The position numbers and the translations under genes were made by a program. Below the pieces are notes generated by a model that was not told the origin of the DNA, ran no database searches, and saw only the letters and a program-made list of their open reading frames with translations. 50,287 nt of DNA from Perkinsus chesapeaki ATCC PRA-425. Taxonomy: Eukaryota > Protista > Perkinsozoa. Position 1 is the first letter of the stretch, and every line of letters begins with the position of its first letter. Below are positions 15,001 to 24,279 of this stretch, one piece after another. Location of the stretch: the NCBI GenBank assembly GCA_013115145.1, contig JAAPAO010000226.1:1-50287 (forward strand). The letters run 5' to 3'.

Positions 15001-15878
15001 AGTGATAATAGCGTGCAATTCATCTTCATTATTTACTCTTCACAAAGTTTCATTGTCTCACCTGCGTATTGGTCCATCTCGGCCTCCCTTTCCTCCTCGG
15101 CACTGGCATGCATTACAGTATCGGATGCAAGATCCTCCGGGACATGTACTGGTATACCAGCAAGCTTAGCTACTTGCAACCTAATAACGATCAACCTCGA
15201 AAAATATCTTTCTCTTTCATCAAAATTTGCCAATGTCTACTGTTTGACCGCGACCTTCGGAAATTAATACGGCCATTTCAACAGGGGATAGAACCCTCGA
15301 CCTCCCTCAAGATAGACGAACGTTCTCCCCACTCGACTAATCGATGCTTTACCTCTCCTCTTCACCACAACTACGCACGTATCCCTGGACAACAGCTACC
15401 AGATCCCGGTGTTTCATGCTCGACACTAGCCCAGCGAGATCGTCATCTGATGGGCTGCTCAAATTTTGTCGGGATTCGACTTCCATGTAACACAAGCAAC
15501 TCCGTAGACGTGCTGTCTCCCTCCCACTTCACACAACAATATAATAGGGAAAGAAGAAACAATTGTACAAAGGTGTACTAATGAGCAGGATACGACAAGA
15601 CATCACGACCATTAACTTCCAATTGGCTGAGACGACTACCAATGGGAATATCCCGCAAACATATTGAAAACGCATCAAAGAGATGAGGGATAACGGTTGC
15701 TGCTGCCTAATGAGAGAAAACGTGGTAACGAATAGGGCTTAGCAATACCGCCTCCTTTCAACGTGGGAAATGGTATAATACCGTTAAGCGAGGCTATACT
15801 GATGGTAAGTGGAAACTTATGAGATTGCGGTAGCCATCTGAAGCATATAGATGCAGAAATGCGCGATAGAGAGGACAT
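12078..15878 (-). CDS. DUF2009/UPF0652-family protein (non-canonical E2-like C-terminal domain); start uncertain
   Basis: RAKWVPIRLTYDERKLLRL, ADYTDKVD, FEISRRYKLLNPERMRSTYGKL, SRLTHSHARQYNFVLQSLTLWRE, HLGDHNVPNALMFIDKY, SCIDGRLTSAWNWCS, GFTGFDG. Family recognised from memory of these motifs. Confidence 0.82.
12994..13004. other. Intronic GAGCGGTATGA motif, copy 1
   Basis: Exact 11-mer inside the intron between ...VQKSPK and VMKAMR. The host sense strand reads TCATACCGCTC. Confidence 0.5.
13620..13653 (+). pseudogene. tRNA 3'-half fragment (His-like), antisense within a 50-nt intron
   Basis: CCATG-AGAC-CCAGG-TTCGAAT-CTTGG-TGATGGC-G followed by TTTT. T-stem fully paired (one G-U). The 3' acceptor strand resembles tRNA-His (cf. 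yeast GCCATC.. / ..GATGGC). No 5' half seen. Confidence 0.7.
14325..14346. other. Intronic TAGCGGA-RR-GAGCGGTATGAGG motif, copy 2
   Basis: The host (minus) strand reads TAGCGGAGAGAGCGGTATGAGG, ending 10 nt before the predicted 3' splice site. Confidence 0.5.
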
Positions 15879-15918
15879 CGATAGTTATGCAAAAATGATG
15901 AGTTATAGCTCAACACGT

Positions 15919-16566
15919 TCAAGAATGGCTAGAACTATCCCTTCTTAACACAGTGTTTACAAAACGCTTGAGAGACTCTTTATTAGTATAGACCAAACGA
16001 GCTTGCTCCAATGCAGCTCTGTCTCTAACAGCTTCCTCTACAGTCTTACGTAAGGGAGCATAGACTCTCTCACGATCAACATAAATAGCAGCTATATAAC
16101 CACCTCTGTTTCTCCATACACCACGCGGAGGATTGTTACCCTTTTTAATTCTAGAACTAGGGGACCTCGTGGGCGGTGATGGCTTCGGCGATGGTGAGCA
16201 TTTACCACGTTGCATAAGATAATGACCCCCTAATGACCTTGCACCGCTCGGAGAAGCCTTGACCAAGGATAAAGGGGGAAAGGAGGATAAAATATCATCC
16301 GGGAAAATCGGCTTGGACAAACCGTTCATAGGACCATCCCCTGATACACCAGAAGATGTAGTAGTGGACGTATCAACAGATAGAGAGTCTTTAACCGTTG
16401 CATTATACGAGGACGGCGAAAAGGTACAAGGCTTCCAGTGGGAAGGTGCGGGTTTAGCTTCGTAATTGGCTGGAGTAATGGCAGCAGTACTGGACAGTAA
16501 TGACCGTCCCAAATTCAATAGGAAATCGTCTTCCTCCGCCTTCTTCTGGTAGCCAATCACGCTCAT
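15919..16566 (-). CDS. AP2-like DNA-binding domain protein (intronless)
   Basis: Low-complexity Ser/Pro N-terminus. The C-terminal PRGVWRNRGGYIAAIYVDRERVYAPLRKTVEEAVRDR has the three-strand-plus-helix pattern of AP2/integrase-type DNA-binding domains. Confidence 0.68.
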   Translation of the reverse strand: MSVIGYQKKAEEDDFLLNLGRSLLSSTAAITPANYEAKPAPSHWKPCTFSPSSYNATVKDSLSVDTSTTTSSGVSGDGPMNGLSKPIFPDDILSSFPPLSLVKASPSGARSLGGHYLMQRGKCSPSPKPSPPTRSPSSRIKKGNNPPRGVWRNRGGYIAAIYVDRERVYAPLRKTVEEAVRDRAALEQARLVYTNKESLKRFVNTVLRRDSSSHS

Positions 16567-16636
16567 GTTGTCGACAGCAGGTGTAAGAGTAAAGCTAGCT
16601 AGCGAGTTAGCCTGATATTAGCGGCGAGCTCGTTAG

Positions 16637-16674
16637 CGTTGAGGAAATACAAGATTGCAAGAACGTCAAGATTT
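16637..16674. promoter_or_regulatory. Composite intergenic motif, copy A
   Basis: CGTTGAGGAAATAC-aagat-TGCAAGA-acgt-CAAGATTT between the divergent AP2-like and PDCD4 genes. Near-identical blocks occur at 43255-43294. Confidence 0.55.
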
Positions 16675-16763
16675 TCGCCTGCGCGACCTTGGTCGCATTT
16701 ATCATCCGCCCTGTTGCTGGTGTAACTTTCTTCGTCCACCTTATCGTCTTAAGTGTAGCTGAG

Positions 16764-19169
16764 ATGCCTCCCGCCCCTAAATCAGTTAGGACCGCAGGAG
16801 GGTCTCATAAAGCAAGTTGGAGCAAAAAAGTAGTAATCGTGGCTAGCTAGCAATGACCCTAATTGCAATCTTTTAGGTCCTGTCATCTGAGGAGGTCGGT
16901 ACAGCTGCGTTAGACAGGTATGAAAGGTATCTTGAGGTTAACGGTGCAGGATACGTTGTTGGTTAGTAACGATCCCAACTATGACGAGATCCTTGACGGC
17001 GATTACAATCTCGATATATACGAATGTGGAACCACATTCCGCACCGTTCGCCAGAGAGCTCCTAGCTACGCTACAGGCCATGTTAATATAGAAGAGCCCA
17101 CGTACTGCGATATTCCAACCTCAAAAATATCTTTACTATCCCTACTAGGCTTTCTCTGCCCGAATTCCAGAAGAAGCTATCGGGTATCTTACACGATTAT
17201 TATGCTACTAAAAACGCCACAGCAGCGGTGGATGATATCAAAGACCTCGAGTGTAGGAGGACCTCAATCGACCTGTTCTGGTATCTTTACGCCCACAGGT
17301 CCGATGTATCATGATGAGCTCGTTTATCGCATCGTGAAGATTTCCCTAGATCGTAATAGTGAGGTTAAGGTGTATGAAAGATATGCTTTAGATGACGAGG
17401 AGTGCCAAGAGCTGGCATCATCGTTGCTGACTCTACTTTACTCGGCCCATGTTGTAACCCAATCCCAGAATCAGAGGGCTTTCGAGAAGCTTATTGAAGT
17501 TTGGGAGGACTTAAGCATCGATGTGAAACAGCCTGAGCAACACCCTAGTATCTATACTACTGGCGTCTTGGACAGGTCCCCAACGCTCCAGAACAGATAT
17601 TGAAGTTCCTAGACTGTGCCCTATGTGACGGTATTGTTGCTGAGAACTTTGTTACTAGACTACCGGAAACCCTCCTCAGAAAGGTATCTTAAAGCATCTA
17701 TCTGCTTCCCCCAGCGATCGTATAGATTCGGGACGCTGATGCGGACGAGTTCATTGACGTTTACGAGCAACTTAATGAGTTGAAAAAGTTTAAGGAGCAC
17801 GCAAAGGTGAGAAGGATCATTTAGTCTCTTTCCGGTTTTTCTATCAAATTCGTCTCAGGCAATCCTCGTTGATTATTTCGCATCTCACGGTGGCGGTGGT
17901 GCCGATGATGTCGCCCAGAGCCTTGTCGCTCTAGACAGGCCCGGAATGCACCACGAATTTGTAAGCCCTCGGAGCAGCCATACAACTTGCCTATGTCTCC
18001 TATAAGGTACGGTCTGCGCTCCAGCTGTCCTTTGATCGTGACGTTCGCACCAGAGCGGAAGTCATTCAACTTTTGGCGGATCTCCGTGACAAGAGAGTCT
18101 TAACCGACGATGACATCTTACTGGGCTTCGGTCGAATGCTAGGTTGGACCAGTACCGTTGCTTGCTTGATCTGCTTGGGTTCTAGGAGCCCTTGACGACT
18201 TCACTCTGGACTGCCCCGGGGCACCGGATATGCTTTCTGGTCTCATTGTTCAAGGCGTCGTTGAAGAGCTGCTTCCACCCGCCTTCTTAAAGAACAGCCT
18301 CAGGTAGTAGCCCTGTGAATAATCTCATACCGCTCCATCCTCTGATCAGGCTCCGCACTGGCAACGATGTCGGTATAAACTGTATTAGACATGCTATTAG
18401 TATTCTAGACAGTGAGAGGCACTGGCGTCAGCGTCACGGTGGCCATGGCCGCTTCAACCTAGCCGGGAGTCCATGTAGTGACCGCATTGGTACTTGTATT
18501 CCCGAGGCCATCATGTCCCCGCCACTCTTAGCGCAATGAGTTCCTCCTTTCCTTTAGCTAATAAGAACAAGGTTGAATTCTCGGCTCTCGAGGAAGAGGA
18601 TATAAAGAAGTGGAAGCTGGAGTTGAGGAACGCTATCGCCGAGTAGGCCTTGCAATGGAGGCGCCGCTCGTCACCAGTCTAGGGGGGCGGTATGCAGGTA
18701 CTTCTGCAGTGCAGATGGCGATGAGTTCTGTAGATTGGCCGCAGAATGGGACATGTCATCTGAGCAGGCGGCCATCTGTGTTAAATACATCCTGATGATG
18801 GCCATGGAGAGGACTGGAGAGCAATGTCTCATGGCAGGTAACTCCACAAGGCTCTTGGACTTGGTAATAGGAAAGCTTTTGCTCAGTGGATCTGCTATGC
18901 CATTGCGTACTCGTGAGGGAGGAGCTGTCCAAGGATGATATCGTGAACGGTTTCAAGCTCATAATGGAGAACATTGCCGATGTCAAATTGGATATTCCGG
19001 ATGCAGGTGAGCAGGTGATGACACCGTCGCCGGGAATCGAACCCGCGTCGTTGGTTCGTCAGTCGATATGTTACGTGCCTTCCGTCGTCTTTGCATCAAA
19101 CGAGGCATTCTAGAGCGTACCGCTCCCGGTGTCGATGATGATGATGGTGAGGAGGAGGAGGGGAAATAG
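16764..19169 (+). CDS. PDCD4: PDCD4-like MA3-domain protein
   Basis: ALD.NDPNYD signature and MA3 repeats (YHDELVYRIVKISLDR...FEKLIEVWEDLSIDV; MHHEF...FGRMLGALDDFTLDCPGA; GFKLIMENIADVKLDIPDAVDML), then an acidic tail. Confidence 0.88.
18325..18335. other. Intronic GAGCGGTATGA motif, copy 3
   Basis: TCATACCGCTC inside a 46-nt PDCD4 intron. Confidence 0.5.
19022..19055 (-). pseudogene. tRNA 3'-half fragment (Glu-like), antisense within a 56-nt intron
   Basis: The minus strand reads ACCAA-CGAC-GCGGG-TTCGATT-CCCGG-CGACGGT-G. B-box GGTTCGATTCC is perfect and 4/5 T-stem pairs form. The 3' end resembles eukaryotic tRNA-Glu (..CCCGGCGACGGA). No 5' half seen. Confidence 0.7.
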
Positions 19170-19597
19170 AGTATCACAACGGTGATCAGCGAAGATATAA
19201 TAAATACTAATCATTTACAAAAGATGGTATGAAATTGTCGATATTGTGGGTCGGGTGTACCCATCGAAGTGATCCTATCATTATTATCATAAGTGCTGCT
19301 GCATCTGTTGTCTCTTTATAATCTCATATTCATTAAATGGAAGGGTATTGTGTTGATGGGGACAGCTCGTTGTGCAACTACTACTACTCAGTTTAATATT
19401 ATCTCCCTTTATTCCTCTTTACAATATCATTTCCTTCATCAAAACGTCGCCACCTACTGGTCCTTCGAATCAGAGCTGTCAAGACCGCTATAGCAGTCGG
19501 CCTCAATGCTCACTCTGATGACACCAACAACATTAAGAGGCAGAAGAATCTCGGAGCCGAATCCCCTTCGTCTTCGACAGCGTCATCTCCTCGCCAC

Positions 19598-20791
19598 TTG
19601 AGCTGCTACTCTCGTGAAATCGATGATTGGCCCTTCGTTGACCAGCTCAGCGTGGAGGTCTGGGCATTTGCTAGGCCCTTCTTTCATTTGGTCGCTCTAA
19701 GACCTCCCTTATTCGCTGCTGGACAATGGCGTGTTGAGTCACCACAGAAGTTGGCTATCCATAACAACCGTCTTCTAACTTGCGATCTTGTCCACGATCG
19801 TATCCTGTCAACATCTCTACAGCGGGATCTCGAAGACACTTATGTCTACTTCGCTGTCAGTAAGCCGCTGGGCCTGTGTTCTGACAACGCTGCTATCGGT
19901 GGTGGCGGCGACGGTGGTATATTCTTCACCCTCATGGACGAGGATAATGTATGTCTTCTAGACCCCGGTGAAGCCGAACCCTACGCCGTAGTCGGCCCTG
20001 GTGTCGACCCGGACTCTGAGGAGCATGATCTCACCGAGCCTCGAGCAGTCCAGTCCTCGAACGGCGGTTCTGTTTTATGGGTTTGTGATTCTGGCAACCA
20101 TCGACTGCTTCGAGTGGATAGGACTTCCTTCACTCCAGTGTCGGTTTGTGCGGACATCGGTCTTCGTTGGCCAGAGGACATCTGCGTTGTAGCTGACTCT
20201 TCGGTGGCCATCGCTGATACCGACAACAATCGCGTCGTTGTCTACACGCCTCGAGATGATGGTCATTCAGCAGTAACAGGCGAAGGGCTGGTGCAGGTTG
20301 TCGTTGGAGGAGCTAGCAGTGGCCGTGGTGATGATGAAGATGATGCTATTACCCTACATGGCCCTGGTGCGGTCACAAGTGACAGCGTCAGGAAGGTGCT
20401 CTACATTGGTGATTCGTATAATGGTCGTATTGTATGCTGCCCTTATAAGGTGGAATGTGATTGTCTGGGAGATAATAATATCAGACACGAGGGTTTCAGT
20501 GTCGAAAAGTCTTCCCCAGAAGAAGAAGCCATTCTCTCTACCAGCTATTTCGAACTACCTGATGTATGCCACAGTATGACTATTTCCTCTTCATGTCGTC
20601 ATCGAGGAGGAGAACAACAGCATGATGAGGAGGAGGAGCATCGGCCGATCCTGCGGTTCGGTGAGCCATTCGTCGCCGCTGATAACGTTGGCAGAGTAAG
20701 CGGTATGGCAGTTAATGAAGAGACTGGTGAACTGTATGTCAGCGACCGTGTGAATCACGTTGTGCGCGTTCTCAGTCCATTGTACTATTAG
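19598..20791 (+). CDS. NHL-repeat beta-propeller protein; 5' end unresolved
   Basis: Repeats LTEPRAV...LWVCDSGNHRLL, LRWPEDICV...VAIADTDNNRVVVY, LHGPGAV...LYIGDSYNGRI, GMAVNEETGELYVSDRVNHVVRV. Confidence 0.75.
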   Translation: MSCYSREIDDWPFVDQLSVEVWAFARPFFHLVALRPPLFAAGQWRVESPQKLAIHNNRLLTCDLVHDRILSTSLQRDLEDTYVYFAVSKPLGLCSDNAAIGGGGDGGIFFTLMDEDNVCLLDPGEAEPYAVVGPGVDPDSEEHDLTEPRAVQSSNGGSVLWVCDSGNHRLLRVDRTSFTPVSVCADIGLRWPEDICVVADSSVAIADTDNNRVVVYTPRDDGHSAVTGEGLVQVVVGGASSGRGDDEDDAITLHGPGAVTSDSVRKVLYIGDSYNGRIVCCPYKVECDCLGDNNIRHEGFSVEKSSPEEEAILSTSYFELPDVCHSMTISSSCRHRGGEQQHDEEEEHRPILRFGEPFVAADNVGRVSGMAVNEETGELYVSDRVNHVVRVLSPLYY

Positions 20792-21076
20792 CAGCATCAT
20801 TGACAATAACATAACAACAACAGTCGTAGCGGTACTATACGGATTATCACTGCATCTATTATTACTATCACCATTATCTCAATAATAACAATAATATTAA
20901 ATCACCACCACCATTCTCTATTCTTCTTCTTGGCATCATCATCATCAACCGTCAAGATGCGGCTATTTATGCACCCTTAGTTTCTTATTAATATGCCGTA
21001 GATTCGAGTTGACAATTTGCGGGCGCTGAGGAAAACCAACATAATACTTTTTCGGACAGCAGCATTGCTCCAGTCA

Positions 21077-22276
21077 ATGTCCGTGGCGATCGACGGGGAA
21101 AATGAGGGCCACTTCAAGAAGTTGTACAAGAAGAATGTTATAAGTCAAATCCGAAAGTACAAACAAGGCAAGATCGACCTGGCCCAGCTCGAGATAAGAA
21201 GCTCGGTTCCCAAGGATGACCTCATCAAGGTCATTGGCCTCGTGGACGGTGAGGGCCTCACTGTGGCCGTGGAGGAGATGCTGATCGATGTTAACAGCCG
21301 GAACAGAGCGGCTCGGCGAGCACACAATAGAGATGCCCATGATGGTGAAGTTGAGGAGATCCTCAAAGTCGCTGAAGGTGCCTTGACCACACAAGTGACG
21401 GTGAAGAAAGTATTGGAGGCGGAGCGAAGCAGATTGGATTGGTCTCAGCTACCTAAACATTTGATACCAGAAATGATGAATATCAGTCTGTATTATCATC
21501 TTAAGAGGGGCGACTACGAGGGGGCTGCGCTGCGTATTAACCATGGAAGGAGGAAGCGAGCTCAGATAGAGCATATGATATCTCTGGTGAGATCCCAGGT
21601 TCAATTCCCGGCTCCAACAAGTGGTCCTGTTAAAATAATTGATCTTGGTGGTGGCCGAGGTGATCTTGCCCTTACACTAGCCCACGTATTCCCAGCTTCT
21701 GATGTAACCGTTCTCGATATCAAAGAGCTCTCTGTACAGCAAGCCCTCTACCGCGCCGACCAGCTCGGGCTCTCCCATCGCGTTCACGGTAAGGTCTGCG
21801 ATCTGGCCGAGTATGCCGTGGATCACTCCGAAGGTTTCGACGTCGCTGTCGGTCTTCACTGTTGCGCCGGTCTCTCGGATGTCGCCATCGATCTGTGTGA
21901 GAGGAATGCTCGTCATCGGCCAACGACCCTGATAGCCTGCACCTGCTGCTTTGGTAAAATGAAGCAATGGTTCCCTCCCCACCTGCAGCAGCAGCGAGGG
22001 TTTCGGTATCCTCGCACGCCACAGCTGGGCCTCGACCTTGAACAGTACGAAGTGATATGCCGTACCGCAGAGGATGACCGTCGAGGGGAGATAAGCCGTC
22101 GAGCAAAGCTGCTAATTAATAAAGATCGAATCAACGCTGCTGCCTTACGTGCATCATCTGGTGGAGCAGCCGGGTCCGGTGAACTGGTCTCTGCGGAGAT
22201 TGTCGAGCTGCCTCCTGTACATAGCTACAAGAACGAAGTCCTTGTAATGAAGTGGGCACCAACTGGCGACAAATAG
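21077..22276 (+). CDS. Class I SAM-dependent methyltransferase (Methyltransf_32-like), intronless
   Basis: IIDLGGGRGDL motif I, VTVLDI, VGLHCCAGLSD and ACTCCF match the GLHxCGxLSD...CC pattern of this family. First ATG at 21077. Confidence 0.85.
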   Translation: MSVAIDGENEGHFKKLYKKNVISQIRKYKQGKIDLAQLEIRSSVPKDDLIKVIGLVDGEGLTVAVEEMLIDVNSRNRAARRAHNRDAHDGEVEEILKVAEGALTTQVTVKKVLEAERSRLDWSQLPKHLIPEMMNISLYYHLKRGDYEGAALRINHGRRKRAQIEHMISLVRSQVQFPAPTSGPVKIIDLGGGRGDLALTLAHVFPASDVTVLDIKELSVQQALYRADQLGLSHRVHGKVCDLAEYAVDHSEGFDVAVGLHCCAGLSDVAIDLCERNARHRPTTLIACTCCFGKMKQWFPPHLQQQRGFRYPRTPQLGLDLEQYEVICRTAEDDRRGEISRRAKLLINKDRINAAALRASSGGAAGSGELVSAEIVELPPVHSYKNEVLVMKWAPTGDK

Positions 22277-22372
22277 CTAACTTGTTTCTCTCTCTTTGAG
22301 GATGGTATGCGTTGTTAATTAACTCATAAGAATTCCCTTAGCAGAGTTATCACTGAAACCCCTGTATACGGA

Positions 22373-23541
22373 ATGGCGAGTAAGATCGTATCTTCTTCTT
22401 CTCCTAATACAGCTCCATCCGTGCCGCCACATGAGGCACAGTCGACCGTCGCTGAGGGCATACACATTCCACGTTCAATAGCCCATTCTGAGGTAGCTGT
22501 CAACAGGCACAAGAGACTACAGAAGACTAAGCTCTGCAAATACGGAGAGGATTGCGCGTAAGCTCCCCTTGTGTGGCGCCGCGCTGCTTGCCACAGCGCT
22601 GCCTCATCTCCAGGTACCGAGCCATCGGTCGCTGCTTCTACGCTCACTCCATCGACGAGGTGCAGCCGAGGCCTCCAAAAACCGAGGAAGAGGTGCAGCC
22701 GAGACTCGACGGGCAGATAAAAGCTCGAAGTGCTGCTTTGTTAGATTGCTGCCGAGCACGCTGAAACTCTCCGTAATCTGGTCCTTCAAGAACAAGCAGC
22801 GGCGATGCTGGCTGCCAATCCATGGTGCAACCCACAGGTAGCCGCCTTGGCTGCGAGCTCGATGGTGAGGCTGGTATATCGACATACATCATCATTGAGT
22901 TGGCCATCCTTGTCAGGGTTTGTCGCCGTTCTCGGCAATGCCTGGTCTACCCAATTCCTACGGTGCTCCCTCTGCCGCTGCCTACTGGGCGTTAATGGCT
23001 CAGGTCGCCACAGCTGGTGAAATGGCCAGGGTAAGCAGCAGCCACCTGAGCCCATATGCCGTAGTCATAGCTTTCAGGCAGCCGGTACCACAGCAATCTC
23101 CAGCCCGCAGCTGATCCCTCCGGAGCTGCTAGCCGCAGCCTCCGGCACAGCTGCAGCCGGCGGTGATCCATCCAGCTTGCTCGCTGGCTTTGGCGGCCTG
23201 CCTCCACCACCCCCGCTCGATCTCGCCCTCTTGGGCCTCCAGGGTGATCATGAGGCGTCCTATTCGCTTTGTATGCAGACACTGCGTCAGGTGACGGTCT
23301 CCTCCCATCCATGACTGGCGGAGCCGCCGGCGGAGATGCTCCTACTCTGGACAGTGGCATACCAGAGTAAGGCGGAATGGCACGCTGTGGCTTCTTTGAA
23401 GCATTTGTTTTATTCAGCTCCTTCCTTCTGACCAAGCCACCAGGCCTGCTGCCTCGTGGCACCACACCCGATGCCTCATCAAGAGCTCCCTCGGTAGATG
23501 CCAATAAGAGCGAGGCCAGTGATGTGGCGAGTAAGGCGTAG
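22373..23541 (+). CDS. Single CCCH zinc-finger protein, copy 1; last exons tentative
   Basis: Spliced KTKLCKYGEDCA|YRAIGRCFYAHSIDE, followed by Ala/Pro-rich exons. Confidence 0.72.
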
Positions 23542-23741
23542 CTGGTTGAAGAGCGACATATTTGTTATCTTCAGATGAAGCTATGGAGACTCAGAGCGCG
23601 TTCGGTGGCAATAAGGATCTCGCTAGTTTTGGGATTACTATGGATAATAAGTGAGATATAGTACAATAATGGATGATGATATGATTTACGATAGGTCCAA
23701 GTCGAGATAATACTGTATTGAAATGATGCCAAAGTATCTTA

Positions 23742-23762
23742 GCTGCTGCTGCTGCTGCTGCT
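23742..23762. repeat. (GCT)7 microsatellite
   Basis: Read directly, in the spacer between the two CCCH genes. Confidence 0.85.
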
Positions 23763-24279
23763 CTGCCATACTGATGCTACTTGAAGTAGACGTCCACCAG
23801 TAGCAGAAGAAAGAGCAATGTCTTTCATCCATCCATATGGACTACTGCCGTATGAGCCGGCTGTATTTACCTAAGGCATCTTCGTCATTATTATTATTGT
23901 TGTTGTCGATGACGTACTTCTATTATTAATGATGCTCATCCTTTATATCCTATTTTTATATCACTAGTTGTTGTACTAGATAGCTTTGTATGCATGAGAA
24001 TAACAAAAACAAGAACAACCGACAACAGCTGCTGCTGCTGAGCAAAGTGTGAGAAACTGTGACAAGTGTGATGGCATTACTACTACTGCGGTGTGTGATG
24101 ATATACCCCTCCCTCCTCCCCTCCCAGCACTTATCATCATATTGTCATGTATGTCGTAGGCATGGATTGTTTGTGTGACTGTTGGCAGCTGCTGCTGCAG
24201 CGGATGCGTCTGGTGGATTACCTTGCGATTTGATTTATTCAATTGGCCCTCAGTTTTGCTAAGATACTCTTTTTCTTTC

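Noticed and set aside
15280-15310. GGTCGAGGGTTCTATCCCCTG T-arm-like string on the minus strand
   Set aside because: The T-loop is broken (TTCTATC), and the string reads as probable coding sequence (REVEGSIP) in the DUF2009 gene.
15828-15839. Partial match to the perkinsid spliced leader (GTAGCCATCT)
   Set aside because: The match stops after about 11 nt with no TGGCTCAAG, so it is at chance level.
23541-24279. Low-complexity ORFs (for example 23976-24281) in the CCCH spacer
   Set aside because: They are explained by GCT/GAT/TAT microsatellites and show no coding signature.
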